From IMG/VR virus record IMGVR_UViG_3300041964_000068, positions 1-64,000 of that record: a stretch of 64,000 nt of DNA, one strand, 5' to 3'. This document shows, one piece after another, positions 1 to 9,804 of this stretch. This stretch comes from a virus. Position numbers and translations under genes: made by a program. How positions within the stretch are numbered: the stretch's first letter is position 1; every line of letters begins with the position of its first letter. Below the pieces are notes generated by a model, which searched no databases, had not been told where the DNA came from, and saw only the letters and a program-made list of their open reading frames with translations.

Positions 1-24
1 TAGCGTTGAAATTCGCTGTCCTCA

Positions 25-834
25 TTGCAACTATGTAGAGCCTTTATGAAAACAGCAATCCTCGTCCTCACCAAAATTGCAGTCGGCCTCATTATTCTTC
101 GCGCTGCCTATCGAGTTGGACTGGTAGCTGGGGTTGTCCCTGTCGCTGGTTGGATTGCTGGAGTAGGAGCGCTTCTCCTCGCACTGGATGATTTGCTCTC
201 GGTGTGGATGGCTTCAAAGGTCGAAAGGGTGAGGCAAGAGCTAAATGATCTGTGTGAGCCGCCAATGTCGGGATACATTTCAGGCAGCTTGAGGCTAGAT
301 AACACTCCTGCAACGGAATTTGCTTGCAATCAGGCTCTCGTCGTCTACGCCAAGACAGGGAAGAAACCTCAGCGCATTCCTGACGGTTGCAACGGCTGCA
401 AGCACCTGCACGGCGAAACTTACGGCGGAGAACTGCTTGTTTGCGGAATGCACCCTTACGGTGAGGAGGAGTGCGGTGATTTTGAATCGCGTGATCTCCT
501 CTCCCCTGAGTTCAAGGAGATGGCTCACAGGCTTGGCCTGTCAGAGGAGCAGATTGATCGCGAGGCTTTGAATGCTGCCGATCAACACGCGAATGAAATG
601 ATCATTCCTCCTCGATCGATTGATCACCCCTTGCCCGGATGTCTTGAACCACGTCGATTAACTTTCACAGTTAGACAGGACATGGTTGCGACTGGGCAGC
701 TTATTCGCATACGAATATTGCGTATGCGCGATGAGATTGACCCTGCTTACACGATGTTTCGAGTCATCCGAAAGAGCGTAATAATTGCTAATGTTTTCGA
801 GATAGAAGCGATCGAAGTTCTGGAGAACTCATGA
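25..834 (+). CDS. Hypothetical membrane protein with a Cys/His cluster (DUF6464-like cyanobacterial motif)
   Basis: N-terminal hydrophobic helices; CNGCKHLHG...LLVCGMHPYG...CGDFE motif; likely ATG start at 46. Confidence 0.5.
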   Translation: MQLCRAFMKTAILVLTKIAVGLIILRAAYRVGLVAGVVPVAGWIAGVGALLLALDDLLSVWMASKVERVRQELNDLCEPPMSGYISGSLRLDNTPATEFACNQALVVYAKTGKKPQRIPDGCNGCKHLHGETYGGELLVCGMHPYGEEECGDFESRDLLSPEFKEMAHRLGLSEEQIDREALNAADQHANEMIIPPRSIDHPLPGCLEPRRLTFTVRQDMVATGQLIRIRILRMRDEIDPAYTMFRVIRKSVIIANVFEIEAIEVLENS

Positions 835-1088
835 GTAGAGCCGAATGGCGCAAAGCTCTCCTAGTTTTGGGCATTGCATTCTCAGTTGTCCTGGTGATTG
901 GAATTGCAAGCACGGTAGTAGGAGTGGCGACAAGATTTCAGTATCCACAGCTTACACAAACCCAGCTATTCCTGAAAGATTGGAAGCTGTACACTTGCAA
1001 GGCTGTGTCGATCTTCGCATTACTGGGATTGGCGGGATACTATGTTTGGCTGGACGCAAAACTCACTCGAAGCCGCAGAGGAAAATGA
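831..1088 (+). CDS. Small hypothetical membrane protein
   Basis: Start overlaps the upstream stop (ATGA); two hydrophobic segments. Confidence 0.55.
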   Translation: MSRAEWRKALLVLGIAFSVVLVIGIASTVVGVATRFQYPQLTQTQLFLKDWKLYTCKAVSIFALLGLAGYYVWLDAKLTRSRRGK

Positions 1089-1885
1089 GCCGCACAGAGG
1101 GCAACTTTCTATATGCCTTTCATCCTGCTCGCAGCTTTTGAAGTAGCCCCAGTTAATTTTTACGTCCGGCCTGCCGTCTGATTTGATGTTGAGCTTGCAG
1201 ACTTGAGCGCCCCAAAGCTCACACATCCGCTGAGAGTTCCGCAGTTCTTCGCCATCCGTCTGATAAACACCCTGTAGCCCTCCGGCGTTGCTACCGTTTT
1301 TGGGACAGGAGAAGGCGTACTTGAAGGTTCGCAGCGTGTCATAGCCGAGAGAGAGGACTTGCAGCGTGAAATCGCGATCGAGCTTCAGATTCACCTCGTC
1401 CCGAAACTTGAGAGACTTGCAGCGCTGAGCATGAATCGCAACACAGCAGTCACAATACCGTTCATCGTATAGGGCTTTTTCTGGCTCCAGGCGAACTGCT
1501 GATACTCTAGTCCCGCCTGGGCGATGGTGTTGGAGGAGACGAAGAATTGCTCAGCCCCGACAGCGCCACGTCAAGATCAATCCGCTGCATCTTCCTGACA
1601 CCTGCTTGAAGAATCCGGTCAGGTCGTCATCCAGCATCCAGAACCACGTCAAGCGTTCTATCGCCGCGACATCAAGTATGAACTGCCGCGCATAGGCCAG
1701 CCCCCGATCGTTGTCCGGCAAGATAATTAGATGGCTTTGAGGTAGAACTTTCAGTAATCAAAATACTCTTGAGGCTCAACCACAAACCAAAATTGTTTCT
1801 TCTCCCAGTCAGGCAGGGCTTTGAGCGCCTTGAGCGTTTGCGATGACTGCGATCGGTTCTTGCTGGCGACGTAGATCGGGAGCAT
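1020..1885 (-). CDS. GREB1/TAGT-like DNA glycosyltransferase (TET/JBP-associated), frameshifted
   Basis: Read across frames from ATG 1885: MLPIYVASKNRS...WFVVEPQEY...LPDNDRGLAYARQFILD...WFWMLDDDL; C-terminus DRDFTLQVL...SNAGGL...DVKINW (ORF 1020..1394). Confidence 0.8.
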
Positions 1886-2840
1886 TAGCGAATTCCTTGA
1901 GGATGGAGGCTTTTACCTGATTGGCGCGGTCGATCTCGTGTGCGTCGTAAAGTGTCCCTTTCTGTCGGGAGAGCTTGGCGCGTTCCTGCTCGTAGCGAGC
2001 ATTCCCGCAACGCAGTAGGTTTTCCCGCAGGTAGAAGACGCTCGTGATCCGCTCGTGCTTGCCCCGGCCTGAGATAGCCGTATTGCCGTGAGCTTCATGG
2101 ACATCGAACAGAATCACGTCGCGAGATTCCAGCTTGACCGCAACGCGGTACTTGGGGATAACAAGATAGCCGCCGCTGATCTCGCCACCTTGCAGATAGG
2201 CCATGCAGCCGAAGCCCTCTTTCAGATCGCCCGCATCGGTATGGACGGCGGTCTGAAAGTTCTTGTTGATAGTCAAGGTGCTAAAGGCAGTATCGTGAAT
2301 CACCCACTCTGGCGAACAGGCTTCAGCGATGGCTCGCTGTACTCGGTAGCGCTCCGGGCAGTTCGCCGCGAACACTCGATCGACACAGCGGATGAACGGC
2401 TGGAGCTTGCGCCATTGTGTCGGGAAGTTGATCAGGAAGGCCGTCTCTCGCGCATAGGGATAGCGAGTGTAGCGGTCGTAGTAGCCGACGATGCCGCTAT
2501 GCACCTCAAAGTAGCCGTTGGTTTCAGGATCTATAGTCTGAGTTGTTTTGCTCAGCGTCCCGTCCCGCAGGCGACGGCGGACTTTGAACTCGTTGCCCAG
2601 TCCGGTCGAGCGGTTCTTGCTGGTCTGAATCCGGGTTTTGTGCAGCGTCATGAAAGCGTTCATGGCGATCGGTGGCGGAACCGCGCCCTTGCAAAGCTGC
2701 AAGAGTAGTTCGCCATTGGGTTTGTAAACCCGCGCCGATTCACTTACGAGTAAGTCGTAGTGAGAATCATCGAGCTTTGCCCCTAGTAGAGCTTGCACGG
2801 CTTCGTCAGGCAGGGCATGAGTGAGGCGGATTTCTTTCAT
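1809..2840 (-). CDS. TET/JBP-family 2OG-Fe(II) dioxygenase (5-methylpyrimidine dioxygenase)
   Basis: FSTLTINKNFQTAVHTDAGD (HxD), GGYLVIPKY, ILFDVHEAHGNTAI (distal His), ERITSVFYLRE (2OG-binding Arg); likely start MKEIRL at 2840. Confidence 0.9.
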   Translation of the reverse strand: MKEIRLTHALPDEAVQALLGAKLDDSHYDLLVSESARVYKPNGELLLQLCKGAVPPPIAMNAFMTLHKTRIQTSKNRSTGLGNEFKVRRRLRDGTLSKTTQTIDPETNGYFEVHSGIVGYYDRYTRYPYARETAFLINFPTQWRKLQPFIRCVDRVFAANCPERYRVQRAIAEACSPEWVIHDTAFSTLTINKNFQTAVHTDAGDLKEGFGCMAYLQGGEISGGYLVIPKYRVAVKLESRDVILFDVHEAHGNTAISGRGKHERITSVFYLRENLLRCGNARYEQERAKLSRQKGTLYDAHEIDRANQVKASILKEFANAPDLRRQQEPIAVIANAQGAQSPA

Positions 2841-3080
2841 CGCTGGAACCACATCGCAAATTGCGGGTTTCGTTGGGGACACACCAGATCCAGCCCGCCG
2901 TTTTCAAGCGGCTGATATGGTAGACAAGATTGCTTTGCGAGGTGTTAAGCAAGTCCAGTAATTCAGCCAATGTCGGCGGGTAGCCGTACTGAGACAGGCT
3001 GGCGTGGACAACAGCGATGATCTGCTGCTGAACGCGCGGCAGGAGTTCTATTGTCCGGGAGGAGTCCGGGTGTCGGGCAT
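2837..3080 (-). CDS. LexA-type winged-helix DNA-binding protein (N-terminal domain only), frameshifted; absent from the ORF track
   Basis: Translation QQQIIAVVHASLSQYGYPPTLAELLDLLNTSQSNLVYHISRLKTAGWIWCVPNETR matches the LexA DBD pattern GYPPTxxE...HLxxLxxxG. Confidence 0.7.
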
Positions 3081-3113
3081 AGGAAAATCTAGTAGCTTAA
3101 TCCTAAGTTTAAG

Positions 3114-3935
3114 CTACTCGCGGGGAAGAATAGCCCGCTGATAGGCTTCGCGCATGACCGCGAGAATACAGTCGGTCGGGTTGCCTGTGTGATGAAGGGG
3201 ATTCAGCGCGTCAATCATGTCCATCATCTCAGGATGAGTTTCGTTCGAGAGAAAGAGGTTGAGCATTCGAGTCGAGCTTTCCGGTGGGGCGTCGAAGTCA
3301 TCCTCGCCTTCGTCCTCAGCATCACTGTTCTCGTCGCTGCCATGATTGAAGATCATCTCGCCGCTTTCAGATAGTTCCTCATAGCGCAACAGAGAAGAGA
3401 GATAGTCAGTGTCGAAGCCGATCGGCAAGGCTTCCCCGGCCTCTGCAAGCTCCTCTAGCTGGGTGGAGAACTCCGGCGAAAACAGCTTGGCGATGTCAGC
3501 GGCGGAGTAGTCCCCGCCCTGCATCGTTAAAATGTTGTGCGATAAGCCGAAATTTTCCGCCTGCCGCTCTGACAGGGCATCGACGCCGAACTTAACCGGA
3601 ACCACCCATTCACCCGTCTCGGTGACGCGCCCGATACCTCGTGGGGGTTCTTGGTCTAGCTGGCGCATTCGTACCAGTTTCAGGATCAGCGACTTGGTTC
3701 GACCGTTGCCGTAGACGAATCCGCCCTCTCCACCGTTGAGGGTAGAATCCCACTTCGCGCAGTCAGCGTAGCCGTACTCTTCAATGCTCTCGTCAAGCAG
3801 TTGCAAATCGTGAAGCTTGAGATTGTTCTCCCAAAGCTGCACATCTAAATCAAAAGCAGATAACGGGACATAGCGAATGTGAAGCACGTCGCCCGTTATC
3901 TGCTCTAGTGAAAGCGAATTTTCAAGTAGGGTCAC
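3114..3935 (-). CDS. ParB-like protein of the type associated with phage TET/JBP loci
   Basis: NLKLHDLQLLDESIEEYGY...VYGNGRTKSL ParB-N pattern, acidic linker, small C-terminal domain. Confidence 0.7.
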   Translation of the reverse strand: MTLLENSLSLEQITGDVLHIRYVPLSAFDLDVQLWENNLKLHDLQLLDESIEEYGYADCAKWDSTLNGGEGGFVYGNGRTKSLILKLVRMRQLDQEPPRGIGRVTETGEWVVPVKFGVDALSERQAENFGLSHNILTMQGGDYSAADIAKLFSPEFSTQLEELAEAGEALPIGFDTDYLSSLLRYEELSESGEMIFNHGSDENSDAEDEGEDDFDAPPESSTRMLNLFLSNETHPEMMDMIDALNPLHHTGNPTDCILAVMREAYQRAILPRE

Positions 3936-3962
3936 AGCACAGCAGGGTAGAAAACTACTCTG

Positions 3963-4238
3963 TCAAGCTATCAATCTTTGGCGTTGACGTTGGGGAGTTG
4001 CGCGAATATCGTGCAAGTGTCCCGTTGTGTCCTGCTTGATTTCTCCTGCGGCGATCGACCACTGCAAATGTACAGGCAGATTTTCGACAGGCAGCGCTGC
4101 TACAATCTTGTGCTGAACATTAGCCAGTAGCACAGCGACCTCAGTCATGGGGACATTCTTGCTCCCGCTGAGGATGCCGTTTAGCACTTTTTCAATTCTT
4201 ATCAAGCTGTCAAGATCTTCGGGAGAGTTTGTCAACAT
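3963..4238 (-). CDS. Hypothetical protein
   Basis: ATG ORF co-oriented with the operon. Confidence 0.5.
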   Translation of the reverse strand: MLTNSPEDLDSLIRIEKVLNGILSGSKNVPMTEVAVLLANVQHKIVAALPVENLPVHLQWSIAAGEIKQDTTGHLHDIRATPQRQRQRLIA

Positions 4239-4351
4239 GGCGCACCGCCGAAATTAGTGCAGAAAATACCCTACGCATCTAGGATTAACCTAGCACTTTC
4301 GGCGGTTGTATGCTAGTCCCCTGGATAGATTTCCTGCCAGGAGCCAAAGCA

Positions 4352-4382
4352 AAAACCGATCGGGGTTCGTCCGATCGGTTTT
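4352..4382. terminator. Bidirectional intrinsic terminator
   Basis: AAAACCGATCGG-7nt-CCGATCGGTTTT perfect stem with A/T tails. Confidence 0.7.
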
Positions 4383-4407
4383 CAAGTATTACTGCTTTGA
4401 GCGTGAT

Positions 4408-4596
4408 TTAATCTAGCTTTGCTCGGACGAAACAATCTTTAGCCTCAAGTAATTTACGCATACCTGTTGATTTTTCGTCTCCGTCTGGAAGAACTTCTTC
4501 CATGAGTTGCGCTAAATCTGCAACTGGTTTACTCACTTCTTGCAAGCGCTCAGGAAGATGCTGGTAGGTGAAATACTTGTCAACGTTAGTAGGCAT
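4408..4596 (-). CDS. Small conserved phage protein with an Acb2/Tad1-like helical hairpin
   Basis: FTYQHLP...LAQLMEEVLPDGDEKSTGMRKLLEAKDCFVRA. Confidence 0.55.
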   Translation of the reverse strand: MPTNVDKYFTYQHLPERLQEVSKPVADLAQLMEEVLPDGDEKSTGMRKLLEAKDCFVRAKLD

Positions 4597-4905
4597 AGAT
4601 TTGATCTCTGTCCTTACGGTAACTTTCAGAAAAAGTAAGATCGCTCAACTTCAAGCGCTGCTCGTACACCTGTTTACTGTCGGTGCGTTGGTGTCGTGTG
4701 CCAGCAGGCAGTTGAAGCAGCGATCTTCACTCAAGCATAGCTCAACAGAATCGCTCTGGCCTTAGCTTGCGAGGCTTCGGTGTTTGGGGTGGAGGCTTCG
4801 GCTTTTCCTTGGGGTTGTGCTTCTCTTGAAACTCTTCGTCCCAGTCATTTAGCAAAGAGCGATCGAACTCAGATTGCGAGTCGTCGCTTGATGAGTTTTG
4901 ACTGG

Positions 4906-5328
4906 TCATGCAATTGTCAGTCCTGCGTCATCCAGAAACACTTCTTTCGTGCAGACCTCAGCAAAACTGCTTAAGGTTTCGGCAAACTGATGCAAAGATT
5001 CCAGTCCTTCAACGCTTAGCCCTTGACTGCCAACAGTGATTCCTTCTGAGGCTCCAACAAAGGTCACATTTTCATCTTCCCTTGAAAACGTAATCATTGT
5101 TCGACCCGCCAAAGATTGAACTAACACCGCGAAGCCAAGATATTGAGTAGAAGCACTTCGCAATCCTCTAATCTCCTTCCAGCAGTAGGTAATAGACTTC
5201 TCCATGCGTCTCATCATCACTACCGCGACATGATGATCGTGGCGCACGGCCTCTTCTAGTACGTTGGATTCGTAAAGTGCGGCGTCAATAAGCCCGCTTG
5301 TATGAAAGCGCATGATTTCTCCCATCAA
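4906..5328 (-). CDS. Hypothetical protein
   Basis: ORF in a tightly packed minus-strand operon. Confidence 0.5.
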   Translation of the reverse strand: MMGEIMRFHTSGLIDAALYESNVLEEAVRHDHHVAVVMMRRMEKSITYCWKEIRGLRSASTQYLGFAVLVQSLAGRTMITFSREDENVTFVGASEGITVGSQGLSVEGLESLHQFAETLSSFAEVCTKEVFLDDAGLTIA

Positions 5329-5346
5329 TCTAAACGTCCCAAAACA

Positions 5347-5760
5347 TCAAACCGCTTTCCCCATCACCTCATGGGGCTTAATCCAGCCCGTTACTTCTCC
5401 ATCAATGTCATCCTGGCACGTAGCGAAGTCGCCAATACCTTGATTGTCGTCGGTGAATAGTCTCGCCCAGAATCGATCGGGCAGGGTGCTTGCAAGCTCA
5501 ACCAGGGGCGCGAGCATTTCTTCGCCCATTGACTTGACAAGGTTCTGTTTACTTTCGAGTAAGTCAGGCTCTTGTAAGACGCTAAAGATTAGCACTGCGT
5601 TGGCCTGCGCCCGCCTGTCGGTGTACCGCTGTTTCGCCATGCGATCGACAGAGAACGGAACGTAGGCGATTTCACCTTGCTTGTCGTAAATCTGGAGCCG
5701 GAATACTGCGGGCTGTCCGTAGGACGGATCTAGTTGTTTTCTGCGTTTTGCTTCACCCAT
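5347..5760 (-). CDS. Hypothetical protein with cyanobacterial MGEAKRRK N-terminal motif
   Basis: MGEAKRRKQLDPSYG start. Confidence 0.6.
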   Translation of the reverse strand: MGEAKRRKQLDPSYGQPAVFRLQIYDKQGEIAYVPFSVDRMAKQRYTDRRAQANAVLIFSVLQEPDLLESKQNLVKSMGEEMLAPLVELASTLPDRFWARLFTDDNQGIGDFATCQDDIDGEVTGWIKPHEVMGKAV

Positions 5761-6218
5761 TTTTGACTATCGATGTTTTGCGGTACTAGTTTTGTGACAG
5801 GTTCATCCGAACGAAAACGCTCAACACGCCTGTACCGATCGGGGTCAAAACGATCCAGAGCAGGGAGAAGGAAAACTTCAACCAGATTGCGATCGATGTC
5901 AATTCGACACACCTCCCAGTAATCAATGTTTTCGCGTGGAAGTAGCAAGACATCATCAATGCGTAAATCTTGACTTAGCACGGATGATTCAACGCCCTCA
6001 TTTATCAACCAGCGTACAAATTGCTCGCGTTCTTGTTCTTGAGCTTTCTTGTTCACGGTTTTTTCCTCCTGCCGAAAAGAGAAGTAGAGAAAGATTTGCC
6101 CCAAGGCAAGCAGCACTAGGACGGGCGGCGGGATTGGCATCGGGACGAGCAGCGCCATCAATCCACCCAAGCCCAGCCACACGAGCGACCAAGTGATTTG
6201 TCGTCTTGCTTGAATCAT
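5730..6218 (-). CDS. Hypothetical membrane protein
   Basis: Two N-terminal transmembrane helices. Confidence 0.55.
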   Translation of the reverse strand: MIQARRQITWSLVWLGLGGLMALLVPMPIPPPVLVLLALGQIFLYFSFRQEEKTVNKKAQEQEREQFVRWLINEGVESSVLSQDLRIDDVLLLPRENIDYWEVCRIDIDRNLVEVFLLPALDRFDPDRYRRVERFRSDEPVTKLVPQNIDSQKWVKQNAENN

Positions 6219-6860
6219 ATGAAAAGATCACCGCTCCGATTTTTCTTCCAGGCCGAATGTCAAAGACAGAATCGTTCCGCATTCGCCCTGTTTGCGGGAT
6301 GCCGTTTTGCAGGTAGCGATGCGTCCGACGAACTGATAAACATGGTGGATGTGGCAGTCTAGCTGTGAGAAACGTCGATAGATACCAACCGCTTGAAAGT
6401 AGTCACGGGAAGTAGGAATAGCAATCGGCGTGTTCGTAGTCGCGATCGATTAGCCCTCAAAGCAGCGTTCGATAAAACTTCATCCCCAGACTGAACGGTG
6501 GATTCCCAGTAAATAAATCGAAGCGCGTTTGCTCCGCTTCAAACTGCCGAGCGAGCGAGAAGAAGTCTTCGTTGTACCAATCACAATTCGGCGCTTTTTG
6601 TGCGCCCAAGGTGCAGCGTCCGGGCTTGAGTTCGATCGCCTTGACTCGTGGATTACTCCTGGTCGGCAGAAACTTTGCAATTTGGCCTGTCCCTGCCGCT
6701 GGCTCGATGATGCGCTTGTCGGTCGGCAAAACCAGCGAGGCGATTTTGAGCGCGACAGGATCGGGCGTCTCCCAATCGTCACTCGTGAAATCGTCAAGAT
6801 CGTATCCCGAATGAGCATCGGGAACATGGTCGGGGAATAGCGAGCTTTGGGTAGCCTTCA
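6215..6860 (-). CDS. DNA N6-adenine methyltransferase, frameshifted
   Basis: DWETP, IIEPAAGTG (motif I), GNPPFS (motif IV); reading continues in another frame beyond 6457; 3' end approximate. Confidence 0.8.
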
Positions 6861-7076
6861 TGCCGCTTTCTTGTCTCCGTAAACAGCATTCAGGTAAATT
6901 CCACCGCACTCTTGATAGGTCTGCGGATCGTTGGTGCTGTTCATCAGGTACAGGGCAATTGCGCCTGCAAACATCTGGTTTACATCCTTGTCGGGGTGAG
7001 CGTCCAAATGTTCAGCTATTCGCGATTGCAAGGCTTCAGGTAGGTCTACTTGCAGCGAGATAAATTGTTCGTTCAT
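6858..7076 (-). CDS. DUF2811-like cyanobacterial small protein
   Basis: ISLQVDLPEALQSRIAEHLDAHPDKDVNQMFAGAIALYLM. Confidence 0.65.
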   Translation of the reverse strand: MNEQFISLQVDLPEALQSRIAEHLDAHPDKDVNQMFAGAIALYLMNSTNDPQTYQECGGIYLNAVYGDKKAA

Positions 7077-7080
7077 GCGA

Positions 7081-7425
7081 CTATCCTCTGAGAATTGCTA
7101 ATACTTCGATGCAGCGCGATTCGATCGCCCGCAGTTGGGCAAACACCCCTTCGTCATTGAGATAGGTAGTGGAGTAAAGCTCGAAGCTGGCGTCCACGAC
7201 CAGGCCGGAAATATACGTCTGTGTCACCATCTCGGCCTGCCAAGTTGCCTTCGGCAGACCGAGTAATTTAGAGCCGAAACGATGCAGCCTGATTTTGGCG
7301 TTCAGACCCCGCAAATCGCGCTCAAATAGATTCGTGCCGGGGTGCTTTGACTCTTCCTTCTGGATGCCCAAGTCTTTGTAGCCCTGCCTTTCGAGTAAGC
7401 TCACGAGGTCGCGGTTCATGGTCAT
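7081..7425 (-). CDS. Hypothetical protein
   Basis: ORF with RBS (GAAGGA). Confidence 0.55.
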   Translation of the reverse strand: MTMNRDLVSLLERQGYKDLGIQKEESKHPGTNLFERDLRGLNAKIRLHRFGSKLLGLPKATWQAEMVTQTYISGLVVDASFELYSTTYLNDEGVFAQLRAIESRCIEVLAILRG

Positions 7426-7647
7426 CCTTCTTCAAGCGTTTTTATTACCGCCTTCACATCAGCAGCGGCGTCTCGATAGAGCGAACTTACAGCACTAGAA
7501 CCTTTACCTTCTTGGGCGTATCTCACCTGCATTTTTGTTAGTTGCTCGATCGCTTTGTCGATTACTCTCTGTTGCTGGGTTTTCATCTAACCTCCTGATA
7601 AAACCATCGATCTTTTGTTCCTTTGCGTTGAGCAATTTGGTTCATTT

Positions 7648-7683
7648 CCTGTATCCAAGTTCAGCTTCTCGCTTGGATACAGG
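7648..7683. terminator. Stem-loop, possible terminator or processing site
   Basis: CCTGTATCCAAG-12nt-CTTGGATACAGG. Confidence 0.4.
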
Positions 7684-7742
7684 CTCTCTGCCTCTTGCTT
7701 GAATTGTTCCATCTGGATATTGCTGGAAAACTTGATAAAGCT

Positions 7743-8351
7743 TCATTGCGCTACCGCCTGATGAGTGTTTTGCTGCTTGAGATATTCAGAGAACTCTTGA
7801 AGCTGTTGATCGTTCAGTTCGTTGCGAGTAGCGACACCGTACTTTTGCTTGAGGTAGTCGCTGCCTTCCTTCACGCCCCAACCGATCGCCTTCATATGGT
7901 TGGTTGTCTGCTTCATTAGCCGTTCGCGATCGATCTTTACGACAACAGGCTTACTCGGTGGATTGCCGCTTTTACCGCTGGGCTTAGCGGCTTCAGCATC
8001 GTCGTCTTCGTCCGCTGTAACCGAGAGAGCCGCGCAGAGTGCATAGCGACGAGCGTAAGTAACTGCGGCTCCGAATTTTTGCGGGTCATCGCTCAGGATC
8101 AGAGGATACTCACTGACAATTGATTCGCCCGATTCGTGGTAAAGCAGCGTCCTTAAGACAGGCGCTCCGCTTTCGTGAAAGCCGAGAATTTGAACGATCT
8201 TGAGGCCGTTCTTGTGCAGAGCAGGCTCAACCGATTCAAGTACGCTATCCAGGGTTGCGTACTTGGACTTTAGAAAAGGATTTTGCCGATCTTTTCTGAT
8301 TGGCTCAAACTCTTGAGCGGCTTTAATCAAAGCTGTAATCAGTTCTTTCAT
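7743..8351 (-). CDS. erf: Erf-family ssDNA annealing protein
   Basis: NPFLKSKYATLDSVLESVEPALHKNGL...PQKFGAAVTYARRYAL...DEDDDA. Confidence 0.92.
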   Translation of the reverse strand: MKELITALIKAAQEFEPIRKDRQNPFLKSKYATLDSVLESVEPALHKNGLKIVQILGFHESGAPVLRTLLYHESGESIVSEYPLILSDDPQKFGAAVTYARRYALCAALSVTADEDDDAEAAKPSGKSGNPPSKPVVVKIDRERLMKQTTNHMKAIGWGVKEGSDYLKQKYGVATRNELNDQQLQEFSEYLKQQNTHQAVAQ

Positions 8352-8980
8352 ACTGTCAAAACCTCCAGTAAATAATCAGGAATTAGGGTTGGATGCACGA
8401 CAACGTTTCCTTGATTGCCGTGCTTTAAGGGGTGTTGAATAACCACCGCGCCCTCTGTGGCTACGTCATCCCAAAGCACGTTCACCATGCCTATCGGAAC
8501 ATCCCACTTGTGAGATTCAGGAGTGCCCACGACGACGCCTTTACGAGGTGGGCGATGCACGATGTAGGCGGGGTTGTAGTCCTGCTTGTCAATGCAAGAC
8601 CTGTCTACAACGCGATCATCGGCATGACGTACTTTGTCGCCTAGCTGCGGAGTTGGATGCAGCTTCGGGGTAAACCACTCGACCGCAAGCTTGATCACGT
8701 CGCCGTGACAGGGCTGCGGATGACAGAAGCAAACTAAGCGCAGCCGTTCGCGGCGATGATGCCGCTTACAGAGTTCGCACAGCGCTAGAAACGCTGCACC
8801 TTCACCCGATCGAATTTGGTCTTTCAACCACAGTCGATACTGCTCGATTGCCTCATCCCGTCCGTCATCTTTGACAGGGAAAGGATTGCCGAGCGGTGAG
8901 GGACGCCCAACGTAAACGCAATCGGGACGAGCTTCTTCGCCGTCTTTCAGTTGATAGCGATTGACGACAGTAATAGGCAT
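8348..8980 (-). CDS. DUF4326 domain protein
   Basis: VYVGRPSPLGNPF...LVCFCHPQPCHGDVI. Confidence 0.85.
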   Translation of the reverse strand: MPITVVNRYQLKDGEEARPDCVYVGRPSPLGNPFPVKDDGRDEAIEQYRLWLKDQIRSGEGAAFLALCELCKRHHRRERLRLVCFCHPQPCHGDVIKLAVEWFTPKLHPTPQLGDKVRHADDRVVDRSCIDKQDYNPAYIVHRPPRKGVVVGTPESHKWDVPIGMVNVLWDDVATEGAVVIQHPLKHGNQGNVVVHPTLIPDYLLEVLTV

Positions 8981-9077
8981 GACCGAATGACCTAAAACAC
9001 TGCAAATTAAAGCGCTTATCTTGCCGTTGAAATACGATCAGGATGAGCGTTCAAACTTGATTTAACCTCTACAAATC

Positions 9078-9106
9078 ATCTTATATCGCTTACGAATAAG
9101 CGTCAA
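9078..9106 (-). promoter_or_regulatory. Sigma70-type early promoter with palindromic operator
   Basis: TTGACG-17bp-TAAGAT; GCTTA-N4-TAAGC at 9088-9101. Confidence 0.8.
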
Positions 9107-9246
9107 GTCGAAAGAAATTCTAGTGTTTTTCGTGATTTAGCCTATGGGCGGGCGATAATTGATAAGTCTTGCTCTATGGCGGAGTCAGCCCATTGACGGA
9201 CGCTGACCCCAAAAAAAGCCGCTAGAAACAAGACAAGTCCAAGATT

Positions 9247-9804
9247 ATGCTTAGGCAGCTATATGAATTTCTATCTCAAAGCGCTCCGGCTGTTGCTCCG
9301 ACTAGCCGTAAGGTTCCAGCCTCTACGTTCTCACGATGGGCGAATCTACCATCGGATCGACGGTCTATCGCTGCCTATCGTGGGTGGTTTGTATCGACAG
9401 AACATCTCTTACATACAATCCGATTTGTTTCCCTCGAAAAGCTCGACGGCGAACTGAGTCAGCCCTACAAAGCGCTGCCTGAGAATACACATCATCTGTA
9501 TCTCATATCCCGGCATCGACACCGCGAGAACACAAAACCTGTGATCGTGGTGTCGATGCAGTTTGGTTTTAAGGCGGGCGAGAGGAAGGGGCAGTATTGG
9601 AAGACACCCAACTGGATCGCTCAGACGTTGCTGAAGCGCCTGATTGTCGAGATCGAAACGGCTCCCGATTGCGATCAGTCGATGCTCCAAGTCGTCTCTT
9701 ATTCTCGACATGAACGCCGCACCGAGGAAAAGCTATCGCGGCTGCGTGAAGCGTTTTGGGCGTTTCATGTCGATAGAATATATCGAGAGATCTTGGAAGA
9801 ATAA
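9247..9804 (+). CDS. Hypothetical protein
   Basis: 185 aa ORF coupled to the next gene (TAATG). Confidence 0.55.
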   Translation: MLRQLYEFLSQSAPAVAPTSRKVPASTFSRWANLPSDRRSIAAYRGWFVSTEHLLHTIRFVSLEKLDGELSQPYKALPENTHHLYLISRHRHRENTKPVIVVSMQFGFKAGERKGQYWKTPNWIAQTLLKRLIVEIETAPDCDQSMLQVVSYSRHERRTEEKLSRLREAFWAFHVDRIYREILEE

